From positions 88,040,001 through 88,104,000 of the forward strand of contig OX597818.1 in NCBI GenBank assembly GCA_951406725.2: 64,000 nt of DNA. The letters are read 5' to 3'. The notes under the pieces are model-generated. The model searched no databases, was not told the DNA's origin, and was given only the letters and a program-made list of their open reading frames with translations. Origin of the DNA: Octopus vulgaris. Lineage: Eukaryota. Numbering within the stretch: the stretch's first letter is position 1; every line of letters begins with the position of its first letter. Below, piece by piece: positions 38,773-51,811 of this stretch. Made by a program: the position numbers and the translations under genes.

Positions 38773-38829
<57 letters not shown>

Positions 38830-38926
38830 GATAAGAGTAAATAATTTCTATAAAGGCTTTTAAAAAAACCCCAATTATTTACTGGTAGAATTCGGTATGT
38901 AAATATAGCCGATTACCGGCAGGAAC

Positions 38927-38969
<43 letters not shown>

Positions 38970-38973
<4 letters not shown>

Positions 38974-39395
38974 GTAGCTGTGTGGTTAAAATGGTTGCTT
39001 CTCAACCACATGGTCTCAGGTTCAGTCCCACTGTGTAAAACCTTGGGCAAATATCTTCTACTCTAACCTCAGGCTGACCAAAGCATTGTGGGTGGATTTG
39101 GTAGATAGAAACTGAAAGAAGCCCTTATGTATATAAATATATGTTTGTTTGTGTATGCGTGCGTGTCTTTGTGTCTGTGTTTGTGTCGCACCACCGATCG
39201 ACAAGTAGCGTTGGTGTGCTAACGCCCATGTAATCTAGCAGTTCGGCAAAGGAGACAAATAGAAGTCAAGTAGAAATACTAGACTTTCAAAAGTAAATCC
39301 TGGGATCGATTTGTTCGACTAAAACTCTTCAATGTAGTGCTCTAGCAATGGATCCCGTCAAAAATTACTGAAACAATTAAAAGATAAAAGATAGA
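38970..39395 (+). mobile_element. SINE family A, diverged copy
   Basis: Head, core and tail match the family consensus seen at 43447-43900. Confidence 0.8.
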
Positions 39396-39639
39396 AGAGC
39401 TTCTTTTTTGTACTCATAAAGCATTATGTGCCTTAAATGCTCTTTGGATACTTTCATGTTAGAAAGGGTTCTAATCAAAGAAATTTTAATTCTATTCTGT
39501 AAAATAATATTTAATTAGTCTAAATGTACACAAATGCATAAAAATAATTTTTAATTCCATTAGACATTCTAAAATACTATTAAATTTCATTCAATTTTAA
39601 AAAAGGTAAAATCGGACATGGTATGACCTGATATACATA

Positions 39640-40085
39640 AGAGAAAGCACAATATTCCATCCAAAAATAAAGGTATTTTAAAAAGATCCCAAAATATCAG
39701 CTAGGTCATGGCTGGGAGGTAACGGATTACTTAATGTAGCAACCCACAATTTCCACCAGGGCTTCAAGACGGCTCCGGAACCTTGCGCATGTGTTTCTCA
39801 CTTTGTTCTTGGGATGATCTTCGAACATCTCCTTCAAGTTGGTCACCAGGTCGGCCTTGGTATTTAAGACTAAGCAGTTAGTGTATTTCTCACCGGACTC
39901 TACACATTGTAATTCGTGGGATCACAACTGGGAGAAGAAGGAAGCCAGAAACTGAAGCTGGTGAAGGGGTAGAAATTCTCTAACAACCACTTCTGACTCT
40001 TTCCGAAGGCATGGTAAGAGCCCGAATTCTACTCCGTCAATATATAACTTTCCAGTAACAATCCCCTCTAGTCACAGTCTGACCA
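39640..40085 (-). mobile_element. maT/DD37D-like transposase remnant
   Basis: Minus strand WLPSSPSCDPTNYNV* matches the WPP.SPD.NP.DY motif. Confidence 0.6.
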
Positions 40086-40499
40086 CAGCCAAATTTGAAT
40101 TTCAGAGCGTAAAGGAAGACCAGAATACCGCTAAACATTTCCCCCGGCGAACTAACGATTCTGTCAGCTCGCCGCTTTTTCTCTGTGGGTCTAATATTAC
40201 TGTTTCTAGCGTTAACAAATCATAAGTCAATATCGTACTCAAGTTTCCTCATCACAATAAAGAATAGACAACCACACCATAGATATAGTTAAGCGATAAA
40301 TTCAGTATTACAATCATCATTATCATCATCATCATCATCAGCAGCAGCAGCAGCAGCACAATACCGCTGCCACAATTAACGCCACCACTATCTCAACACT
40401 AACACCACCATCACAACCACTACCATAATCAACTCCCCATTATAATCTCCAACCACCACCACCACAACCAACAACAACAAAAACAGCAGCAACAACAAT

Positions 40500-40530
<31 letters not shown>

Positions 40531-40853
40531 CCAACAACAACAAAAGCAACAGCAGGAAAAACAACCCCAGCTGTAACAATAGCGACAACAACCGTTAAAC
40601 TAATTTATTTCAGTTTCTTTCTTCACTGATTTTAAGCTAGGGTGACTTCTAAGCTCCGTTACAAGTTATTTATCGAATTAGTCTTACATAGTGTGTGTGT
40701 ATAAATGCACACACACACACACACACAAATATATATATATATATATATTTGTGTGTGTCTGTGTGTTTATACACACAATACATATATGCGTGTCTCTATA
40801 TAAATGTTACATAATGAAACATGTACACATGCTTATATATACATGGTGTATTA

Positions 40854-40909
<56 letters not shown>

Positions 40910-41009
40910 CTCATACATTTGTAAATATGTATAAATAGAAGTGTATACATATATACTTATGTATATATGTAATCATACAGTTGTAGAGACGAATATGTAT
41001 AAATGTATG

Positions 41010-41830
41010 CAGAGTGTTCGGGCAAAATTTGACGATATTTTATGTCACCTTTTGTCTCAGGAACAGTTTGATGTATTTGTGAACAATCAATGGCGTTAGA
41101 GAAGATAAAGTTTTAATGTTGTAACTGAGAAAACGTTAACTGACAAAGAGGATCAGAAAATTGGGAAAGAGTTACCTGTATTCAGATGATTCACGTCTGC
41201 TATCAAAATGCCGACATTATAACTATTGCTCAGTACCCTCCGAACACTGTTAAGTACGAAACATGTGACATCGACATTATGAAAACGAAGTTTCCCCAAA
41301 CTGTGATACTCTCTGCGTGTGTGGCTCTCGGGTGGATGACGTCCTGCCACTCCAAAGTTTTGAACGGAGCCTTAGGCTCAATTCAGAAAGCTTTGTGAAG
41401 CTGCTGGGGACTGTGGTCAAAACCTAGCTGGTGAGGGTTACAGCTGGAAGGCCATGTGTGTCACAGCAGAATTTGGATTCTGACCATACCTCCAGAAAGA
41501 ATCAGATGTGGTTGGCATAGTATCTGTACCTCACCAGCCATAATCTCTCGATTGTAATCGCATAGGTTGCTATGCATAGCGGGCAATTGAGAAAAACCCT
41601 CACCACACTCTGCGCAACCCCAAGGCGGAGCTGGCGGCCAAGATCAACAAGGTGTTTGAAAATATACTCAGGGACACAGTGAGGAACGACGCATGCATCA
41701 GGTTTCAGAGCTGTTTTGAGGCTTTGGTGCTAGCTGAGTGCAGCTATTTTGAGTAAACTGTGGATCTTTTCAGTTTGATTGTACTTTTTTAAATTTTAAA
41801 GTTTAGTGAAAGTTTTCAAATTTAGTTTAT
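41010..41830 (+). mobile_element. Decayed Tc1/mariner (maT-like) element
   Basis: TIR-like CAGAGTGTTCGGGCAAAATTT start; degenerate homology to 51830-52670. Confidence 0.5.
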
Positions 41831-42009
41831 TGATGTAGTTTTTCATGCTGAATCTCAGGTTCTAGTTCATTTGTTCACGAAAAACAAATTAAATAGTTAT
41901 AGAGGTTTCAAGTTTGATCATTTTTAACCAATGAGAAGAAATGATTTGGAAGCTGTCATTTTTGCGTGCGATTGCTATCGTAAGACGACAAAACAATAAT
42001 GTCAATATT

Positions 42010-42407
42010 CTTTTCTACTCTAGGCACAAGGCCCGAAATTTTGGGGGAGGGGAGCAGTCGATTAGATCGATCTCAGTACGCAATTCGTACTTAATGTATC
42101 GACCCCGAAAGGATGAAAGGCAAATTAGACCTCCGGGGAATTTGAACTCTGAACGTAAAGACAAACGAAATACCTATTTCTTTACTACCCACAAGGGGCT
42201 AAACACAGAGAGGACAAACAAGGACAGATAAACGGATTAAGTCGATTATATCGATTCCCAGTGCGTAACTGGTACTTAATTTATCGATCCCGAAAGGATG
42301 AAAGGCAAAGTCGATCTCGGCGGAATTTGAACTCAGAACGTAACGGCAGACGAAATACGGCTACGCATTTCGCCTGGCGTGCTAACGTTTCTGCCAGCTC
42401 ACCGCCA
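42010..42407 (-). mobile_element. Nin/Deu-domain SINE (family B) with internal duplication
   Basis: Head GGCGGTGAGCTGGCAGAAACGTTAGCACGCC; Nin-type domain present twice. Confidence 0.85.
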
Positions 42408-42424
42408 CAATAATGTCAATATTG

Positions 42425-42620
42425 CGAACGTGTTCTCCACTTGTTGTGTGTGGGTACCATCTTTCGAACTAATCAACCCAACGTTGTGTTTCAGCGTTCT
42501 ATGATCAAAATTATAACCAGCAATTTCAGGAATGTGAATGTACACCCTCCTCACATCGCTGAAAATTGTGGTTCCTGGAAGAATCGACCACCATATGCAC
42601 TCCTCTATTGTGTCACGGGA
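42425..42620 (-). pseudogene. Merlin (IS1016/ISXO2-like) transposase remnant
   Basis: ILPGTTIFSDVRRVY...HRTLKHNVGLIS..DGTHTQQVENTF matches the Merlin DDE motif PGT.I.SD.W.AY...H.TVNHS..FV...G.HTQ.IE..W. Confidence 0.75.
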
Positions 42621-42804
42621 AAATACAGTGTAAAATATAAGTTTGTAAACACAAGGTAAACCACGCGTAGCTGGACAGGAGAGCAACAGACGCGTAAGAA
42701 ACTTGGTGACAGCTTGGCTTGTTACTATGGAAACAGACACCAATACGTTTGTGGCCTTCGACTGACTAAAACAACCCCAAAATTTTCAAAATTTAAAAGC
42801 TCTC

Positions 42805-43185
42805 TTTACTCTTTTACTTGTTTCAGTCATTTGTCTGTGGCCATGCTGGAACACCACCTTTAGTCGAGCACATCGACCCCAGGACTTATTCTTTGTGAGC
42901 CTAATACTTATTCTATCGGCCTCTTTTGCCGAACCGCTAAGTTACGGGGACGTAAACACACCATCATTGGTTTTCAAGCGATGTCATGGGGACAAACACA
43001 GACCCACAAGCACAATTACATACATATATACAACTGGCTTCTTTCAGTTTCCGTCTACCAAATCCACACACAAGGCTTTGATTGGCCTGAGGCTATAGCA
43101 GAAGACACTTGTCCAAGGTGCCACGCAGTGGGACTGAACTCGGAACCATGTGGTTGGTAAGCAAGCTACTTACCACACAGCACCT
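42805..43185 (-). mobile_element. SINE family A
   Basis: Reverse complement of the family consensus. Confidence 0.88.
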
Positions 43186-43407
43186 GACAGTAAATCAAAC
43201 CCCATGTAATTCCAATATTTATTTATGCTTAACAACTGAATGAATTTAATAAAAGAATCTAAATAGGAAACATAATGTAAATTGTTCAAACTGAATGAAT
43301 TTGCTCTTGAGCGACATATTTTTTTTCCATTCGAGTCGATACGAAAATACAGATAATATTTATGGAATTTTGATTTGCTGTCGTGTGACTTTTGGCCAAA
43401 GCTGTAT

Positions 43408-43438
<31 letters not shown>

Positions 43439-43446
43439 CATATATA

Positions 43447-43608
43447 GGCGCAGGAGCGGCTGTGTGGTAAGTAGCTTGCTTATTAACCACATGGTTCCAG
43501 ATTCAGTCCCACTGCGTGGCACCTTGGGCAAGTGCTTTCTGCTATAGCCTCGGGCCGACCAATGCCTTGTGAGTGGATTTGGTAGACGGAAACTGAAAGA
43601 AGCCCGTC

Positions 43609-43691
<83 letters not shown>

Positions 43692-43900
43692 TGTGTGTGT
43701 GTTCGTGTGTCTCGTTTGTCCCACCACCATCGCCGATGTTGGTGTGTTTATGCCTCCGTAACTTAGCGTTTCGGCAAAAAGGGACCGATAAAATAAGTAC
43801 TAGTCTTAGAAAGAATGTCTCGGGGTCGATTTGATCGACTAAAAAGGCGGTGCTCCCGCATGGCCACAGTCAAATTACTGAAACAAATAAAAGAATAAAG
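43447..43900 (+). mobile_element. SINE family A, full length
   Basis: GGCGCAGGAGCGGCTGTGTGGTAAG head through GGCGGTGCTCCCGCATGGCCACAGTCAAATTACTGAAAC tail. Confidence 0.9.
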
Positions 43901-44009
43901 GAATATATATATTTATAATACAAATAAGAAAATGGAGGAACAACTACATTTCAATCATCAACTTACAGGTATTACCATTTCATATTATTTATTAACTATA
44001 TAAATAGGA

Positions 44010-44305
44010 ACATCAAACGACCAGTCTATCAGATGTTGCTACACATCGCTGGTCACAATGCGCTTCGCATTGTTTTAGCCTTCAAATGACGCTAACCCGC
44101 TGGCTAAGCGAGCAGGCCAGCAGAGGAAGAGTGAGAGAAAGTTGTGGCGAAAGACTACAGCAGGGATCGCCACTACACCCTGCTGGAGCCTCGTGGAGCT
44201 TTAGGCGTTTTCGCTCAATAGACACTCACAACGCCCGGTCTGGGAATCGAAACTGCGATCCTACGACCGCAAGTCTGCTGCCCTAACCACTGGGCCATTG
44301 CGCAT
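44010..44305 (-). mobile_element. tRNA-derived SINE family C1 (possibly octopus OR-type)
   Basis: Head GCGCAATGGCCCAGTGGTTAGG...TTTCGATTCCC; its 3' tail is also found alone at 55119-55237. Confidence 0.8.
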
Positions 44306-44339
44306 TCATATATATATATATATATTTATATTTATACAC

Positions 44340-44370
<31 letters not shown>

Positions 44371-44772
44371 CATATATGTACATAGATACACACACACATA
44401 TATGACAAAGGAACTAGTAATGTGATGAACTCCACTAGCTTACAACTTTTTCTGGTATAAGAAGTAATATACTTTTATTTGAGTGCTTGTGTGTCACCTT
44501 ATAGCTCTGATTCGAAAATGGTATTCTAATAACGCTATTTTCTTATGCATATGCATATTGTGTTTCAACATCAGATTATTAAAATTACTATACCTAATCG
44601 ATATGTAAATACATATAAGAATAATATATCACAAAGATGGAGGGTATCCGACTTTAATAGTAGATCACAGCATTTGTTTCTGCAACATACACCAGCTTTA
44701 AGTTGCTGAGTTTTATATTTAAATACCATTCTAGAAGATCATTCTTTATTAATTCCTATATATATATGAATG

Positions 44773-45160
44773 TGGAGGCGCAATGGCCCAGTGGTTAGGG
44801 CAGCGGACTCGCGGTCATAGGATCGCGGTTTCGATTCCCAGACCGGGCGTTGTGAGTGTTTATTGAGCGAAAACACCTAAAAGCTCCACGAGGCTCCGGC
44901 AGGGGATGGTGGTGATCCCTGCTGTACTCTTTCACCACAACTTTCTCTCACTCTTACTTCCTGTTTCTGTTGTACCTGTATTTCAAGGGGCCGGCCTTGT
45001 CACTCTCTGTGTCACGCTGAATATCCCCGAGAACTACGTTAAGGGTACACATTTCTGTGGTGTGCTCAGCCACTTACACGTTAATTTCACGAGCAGGCTG
45101 TTCCGTTGATTCGGATCAACCGGAACCCTCGTCGTCGTTACCGACGGAGTGCTTCCATAT
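44773..45160 (+). mobile_element. tRNA-derived SINE family C2 (same head as C1, different tail)
   Basis: A box TGGCCCAGTGG and B box GTTTCGATTCCC; first ~185 bp shared with 44010-44305. Confidence 0.82.
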
Positions 45161-45235
45161 ATATATGAATATTTTTCAACAACAAACACACACACACACA
45201 CAACACTATCACACACACACGCCCACACACATAAA

Positions 45236-45365
45236 AATAATAACAATGATCCTAGGGTGGAATTCATAAATATTTTAATGCATCACTACGTACGTTTCGA
45301 CAAGCGTGCGTAGCGACGCATTAAAATATTTATAAATTCCATTCAGGGATTATTGTTATTATTAT
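45236..45365. repeat. Imperfect ~130-bp palindrome
   Basis: Arms of ~60 bp around TCGAC at ~45297-45301. Confidence 0.85.
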
Positions 45366-45507
45366 TATTATATTTATCGGTACAGCTCGGAGCAACCTAA
45401 AAAAACTGGTTTACCAGTCAGCATCATTAGACTGTGGTCGACATAATGGAATAGGAGCATTATTTGCATAAACAAAACGTTTCCGGTAAACAAATTTAAA
45501 AGAAAAA

Positions 45508-45543
<36 letters not shown>

Positions 45544-45753
45544 TAAAAGAATTCCAACCTTGTCTGATTTTCACGTTTTATTTACAATCTTATAATGATA
45601 TATTATATGATAATATATTATAATTGAATAAAATAAAATGAAATAGTAGAATGTTAAATATTCATTCTGATTGAACTAGTACTTTCATGCATTGAATTCT
45701 GCAATCTTCGGGTTCATGTAGTAGTGTTGACAGTCATGCTTCACAATTTTTGA

Positions 45754-45861
<108 letters not shown>

Positions 45862-46475
45862 TCCTTACTCCTTTACTCCTTTACTTGTTTCAGTCATTTG
45901 ACTGCGGCCATGCTGGAGCACCGCCTTTAGTCGAGCAAATCAACCCCTGGACTTATTCTTTGTAAGCCCAGTACTTATTCTATCGGTCTCTTTTGCCGAA
46001 CCGCTAAGTTACGGGGACGTAAACACAACAGCATCGGTTGTCAAGCAAAGCTAACACACACATACATATATATATATACATATATACGACAGGCTTCTTT
46101 CAGCTTCCGTCTACCAAATCCACTCACAAGGCATTGGTCGACCCGGGGCTATAGCAGAAGACAATTGCCCAAGATGCCACGCAGTAGGACTGAACCCGGA
46201 ACCATGTGGTTGGTCAGCAAGCTACTTACCACACAGCGACTCAATATATATATTCTTTTATTCTTTCATTTATTTCAGTCATTTGACTGCGATCATGCTG
46301 GAGCACAGCTTTTAGTCGAATGGATCGATCCCAGGATTTATTCTTTGTAAGCACAGGCTTTAGTCGGCCCGGGGCTATAGTAAAAGACAGTAGCCCATGG
46401 TGCCACGCAGTGGAACTGAACCCGGAACCATGTAGTTGGGAGGCAAGCTTCTTACCACACAGCCTTGCCTTCGCC
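45862..46475 (-). mobile_element. Two tandem SINE family A copies (second internally deleted)
   Basis: Consensus matches at 45862-46240 and 46250-46475. Confidence 0.85.
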
Positions 46476-46547
46476 TGTATATAAATATGTGTATAAATAT
46501 ATTTATATGCGTATATATGTATATGCATATATATATGAATGTGTGTG

Positions 46548-46671
<124 letters not shown>

Positions 46672-46779
46672 AGTTGAAATGCGTCAAAATTTTATTTTCA
46701 TACACACACACATCTGTCAATTTTTGTAAAGCAGAAATAATTTATATAGCCACAGCCTCATATCTCTGCAGTATATGTG

Positions 46780-46845
<66 letters not shown>

Positions 46846-46948
46846 TATGTGTGAATATATATACATGTATGTATGTATATACATACATACATGTATGTAT
46901 GTATACACATACGCACACATATTTATATAGATATATGATCAATAGTAA

Positions 46949-46993
<45 letters not shown>

Positions 46994-47614
46994 GCACTCT
47001 CAACATTCGACAATAAAAGCACTAAGAATATAATATGCCGAACGCACCCATTCGAATCTGAAAAATCTAGCATGTTACTCTTAAGTACACAACAGCTTAA
47101 CGTCTAAGTATTTGATTTTGAATACATCAACAGCTGCCCACGTCTTTTATTTTCACACACAGCATAACAAACATGTCTGGTTTTTTATACTATCACAAAA
47201 CTGATAATAATCTTTAAAAGTTTAAACGCTTGATGCTAAACAAATTAATTGTGATTTTTATCGTTCGATTTCTTTCATCTTTCACTCGCTTCAGCCATTT
47301 GGCGGCGACCATACTCCGGCACGACTTTGAAGGGACTATTGTCATTCAAATCGACGCCGGCATTTTTGTTTTTGTTGCTTTTCCTTTTTCCAAGTGTGGC
47401 ATTTATTCTATTCAGCTCTATTGCCCAACCAATGTGTTACGTAGACGTAAGCAAACCAACAACGGTTGCCATTCGGTGGGAGGACAAACTCAGATGTATA
47501 CATACACACAGAGAGATACAGACTCACAGACACACATATAAATACATATAAATATATATAACGATGTGTAATTGTAAGGTCCATGGATTTAGGTGTAGGC
47601 AGTTAGTAAGCATC

Positions 47615-47990
47615 GAACTTGCTTACCAACCACATGGTTTCGGGTTCAGTGCCACTGCGTGGCACCTTGGGCAAGTGTCTTCTATATAGCCTCGGGCCGA
47701 CTAAAGCCTTGTGAGTGGATTTGGTAGACGGAAACCGAAAGAAGCCTGTCGTATTTATGTATATGTATATATATGTATGTGTTTGTGTGTCTGTTCCCCC
47801 CCATCATCGCTTGACAACCGATGCTGGTGTGTTTACGTCCCCGTAACTTAGCGTTTCGGCAAAAGAAATCGATAGAATAAGTACTATGCTTACAAAGAAT
47901 AAGTCGTGGGGTAGATTTGCTCGACTAAAGGCTGTGCTCCAGCATGGCCGCAGTCAAATGACTGAAACAAGTAAATGAGTAAAAGAGTAA
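47615..47990 (+). mobile_element. SINE family A
   Basis: Consensus match; slightly 5'-truncated. Confidence 0.88.
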
Positions 47991-48005
47991 GAAAGTATGT
48001 ATGTG

Positions 48006-48038
<33 letters not shown>

Positions 48039-48066
48039 GCGTGTGTGTGTGTGTGTGTGTATACAC

Positions 48067-48395
48067 ACGAGGGAAAGTCAAAAATTAGACGCACCCTTGT
48101 TTTTTCAATGTATGTACTCAAGAGTAGGGGATAAACATGTACGTCATTTTTTGATATAGTCTCCTTCTTTTTCGATGCACTTGGTTTAGCGGTTCACAAG
48201 TTTGCGTATTCCCTCCAAGAAGAAAGTTTTCCGTTGGTCGTGCAACCATTTATGCACCGCTTCCGTTAAATCTTCATCCGTAATAAATCGATGACGTCGT
48301 AAGCCATCTTTGATCGGTCGAAAGATATGACAGTCGGAAGAGATTCAGATATAGGCTGTAGGCAGGGTGTTCCAGCACTTCAAACCCAGTTGGTG
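48067..48395 (-). mobile_element. Mariner (DD34D) 3' fragment with TIR
   Basis: Minus strand SDCHIFRPIKDGLRRHRFITDEDLTEAVHKWLHDQRKTFFLEGIRKLVNR*TKCIEKEGDY; TIR-like ACGAGGGAAAGTCAAAAATT end. Confidence 0.85.
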
Positions 48396-48518
48396 TAAAA
48401 GATACAAATAATTTGCATGGTGTTAGTAACAAAACATTTCCTAAGAAATAGAACTTTTATCATCGGTCTTAAATTTATTTTCGCCAGTATATGTTAATTT
48501 ATTAACATAATATTAATA

Positions 48519-48612
48519 ATCCCTACAATTGTTTCGATTCAATCTCAAAACCAATAAGTTTATAAGAATTCATATTTTGAAATCATTTCGAGTAAAAATT
48601 TCGTCAGGGTAA
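48519..48612 (-). ncRNA. Hammerhead-like motif with long AU-rich stem II
   Basis: CC CUGACGA [~65 nt] C GAAA CAAUUG UA^ GG. Palindromic ACAAUUGU stem III; weak stem I. Confidence 0.45.
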
Positions 48613-49580
48613 ATCCGGACAAAAAATTGCATATTAGAAGTTTGAGATCCTTAAACAAATTGAATTAATAAATATGTATTTCTGTATGTAAATGTGAACG
48701 TCAACAGCTTTTTTAAAAAATGAAAATAATAAAAGCCAATATAACGGTTATGAATATGTAAATGAAATGTGTGTGTATATTAAAGAATATTAATGTAATT
48801 ATGTTTCTGACATTAGTATTTTAAAACAGAAATAGTTCGTCACGAATCTACGGTGAAACAGTAAATATTTACTTACATATCTACACGGTTAAAAAAAATA
48901 CTTCTCTTACACAAATATCTATTAAGAAAAATAGTCTTTATCCTCAAAACGCCTACATTAAATAATATTATAAATTATACTATAATTATTACTATTATCT
49001 ATACTTATGTGTACGTAAAATAATTCAATCAAAAGTTACGTCTGTTTACTGTTTCTTTTTTAAAGAAAATAAACTATAAGCTCATATTAATTTATACATT
49101 TATATATATGCGTATGTATCTATACGTTCGAAAAAAATCACAAAATACATATTATCCACAATAGAAATTTTCTATACACATTTTAAAAAATCCATTATTT
49201 AATAGTTATAAACTTATGGCAAATTTGTTTACATAAATAAACTTTCAACTCAATATAGCCATGTAAAATAAAAATCACTCTGTATTATTAGTATGATTCA
49301 CAAATAATACAAAACACTAATTCCTTTTTGTTAAATAGGTTAGCAATTAAGTAAAATTATGATAAATTTTTCGATAAATATACTTGTATATATACTAAAT
49401 CGTATATTTAAAGTGATGATTTGTTGCCAACTTAATGTGGCAGTCCCAGGAAAGGGAAAAATGCTACTACTATTTAGCCCCAGGAAATACCGTTTCCATT
49501 GGCTATGTGACACAAGCGTACTTATGTCCTTATGTTTTCAAATAGGGGAGATAAGCACCTCCAACTAGCAAATCCAGCAA

Positions 49581-49621
49581 CCAGAGACTAGTTTCAGAGT
49601 CATTTCTCTTCATCAGTCTGG
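49581..49621 (-). ncRNA. Canonical minimal type I hammerhead ribozyme
   Basis: CCAGA CUGAUGA AGAG AAAUGA CUCU GAAA CUAG UC^ UCUGG. Perfect core, GUC site, palindromic ACUAGU stem III; stem I extends via CAACUAGCAA/UUGCUAGUUG. Confidence 0.88.
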
Positions 49622-49962
49622 AGAAGCTTGGCTTGCTAGTTGTCTGAAACTAGTCTCAGGAGATTTGGTTCAGTAGAAAAGAGTTACGTGAAGTCCAAAG
49701 ATGGGAAGTAAGGCACCTATTAATCTTCAGTTAACATAAACTTTTTTATTTTAACATAAATGTATACTTTTCTTAGGTTTAATGATAGAAAAATGCATGG
49801 CAAATTTAGAATCGTTAGTCGCGTTGAACAAAAATTAAAAGAAAAAAGTTATGACGTGAAATGTTATGAAATTTATTGTCAGAAAGCGAGGAAGTGAGAA
49901 GTAACGGCCTACGCAGTAATGTTAAGAAAAGAATATATTACTAAAATGAATGCTTACTTCTC

Positions 49963-50236
49963 AAGGCGGTGACATAGCAGAAACGTTAGCACGCCGGGCG
50001 AAATGCCTAGCGGTATTTTGTCTGCGTTACGTTGTGAGTTCAAATTCCGCCGAGGTCGACATTGTCTTTCATCCTTTCGGGGTCGATAAATTAAGTACCA
50101 GTTACGCACTGGGGTCGATGTAATCGACTTAATATCTATGTCTGTCCTTGTTTGTCCCCTCTGTGTTTAGCCCCTTGTGGGTAATAAAGAAATAGGTATT
50201 TCCTCTGTCTTTTTGTTCTGAATTCAAATTCCACCG
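49963..50236 (+). mobile_element. Nin/Deu-domain SINE family B
   Basis: Head plus CTTTCATCCTTTCGGGGTCGATAAATTAAGTACCAG. Confidence 0.85.
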
Positions 50237-51499
50237 TATATTTTATTTTTTTAATTAAGTATTTAATATAGTTATCTTTAATATGCTGTTGAATTAGGGT
50301 GAGTTTAACTTTTATTATTAATTTTCTCTTTCAGCTTTAATTAACTTGCTTTCTACTTTTTTATGCTTTTCCTTTTTAGTTGCTTTCCTTTTCTTTTTAG
50401 TTAACTATCTAATCAGGCTAGTTTATTAATGTGTCATTTGCTTCAGATATATGCATATAAATTTATTGGGGCAGGAATATAGTCATTTTGGCTGTGTCTC
50501 TATGGGCAGACCTGAAGGCATGTAGTAAGTCTGTCCAGAAAAGGCAATGGTTAAAAGTGCTTATATTCTAAATTTACTTCTTAAATTTCAAAATTAATTA
50601 AAAGGGATTTTTCATAAACAAATTTATATTAATGGGATGTAGGTAATTTTAATTTGTGTATATCTGATATGCTTTTATAATTATTGTTGATTAGCAGTGG
50701 TTAGTGCTATTATCACCAACTCAAAATCTAGGTTACTTAAGGTGAGCCTGATAACTGATGGTTTTGGGGTCTTGTTTGTAACTTTTGATGAGCCATGGTG
50801 CAACCAACAAGATGGTAAAATTCCCTGCCTGTAATTTGGTGTGGATGGGTAAAATCAAATAATTCAATCACAACATATATTTAAATTAAACTTTGAAAAA
50901 AGTTGAAATATTATCATCACTTACATGGAAAAATTGAAATATTATCTTTCAGTATTTTATAAGTTAAAATCTTAAATTATTAATTGACACATTATTAATT
51001 ATCTTATAACAGCAATGCCTGGAAAAATCATGGATTACATGGAAAAATGCGAGCATGAAAAAAAATAAGTTATTACACCTGTGAAAGTATAGGACAAGTT
51101 ATTACTTTTAGTAAAGTAAAGAATAAGAAACTTTTACTTAAAATATTACAGCTAAAATTAAAATTTGAATATTAAAAGTGATTTTATTATAATTTTCAAA
51201 TATAGTAGAATTTGGCTAAATTACTACATTAAATACACAAAAAGTGACTAATTAGACAAACGTACAAATTAGATGAACAGTTTTGTACAATAAATTTAAA
51301 AGATGAGAACTGTAAAGAGTGATAAATTAGAAGAACTGGCATTTTTTGGTGCAATATTTTAAGGAAAAAGTTTCTTATTCTTTACTTCACTAGAAGTAAT
51401 AGCTTCTCCTATACTTTTCCAGGTGTAATATCTTGTCCTGTACTTTTCCAGGTTTATAATCTTAACACTATTACTTTTCATGCTGGCACATTTTCCCAC

Positions 51500-51571
<72 letters not shown>

Positions 51572-51666
51572 GTATATATGTATGTATATATATATATATA
51601 TATGCGTGTGTGTATGTATGTATGTATGTATGTATATATGTATATATGTATACATGTATATATGTA

Positions 51667-51759
<93 letters not shown>

Positions 51760-51811
51760 GGAGATGTACTTGCATAGCAAGTGATATATATTTATTTATT
51801 TATTTATTTAT

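Noticed and set aside
44773-44850. tRNA gene-like sequence (A and B boxes)
   Set aside because: No proper acceptor stem, and it continues into a repeated SINE body; the same holds for the other SINE heads.
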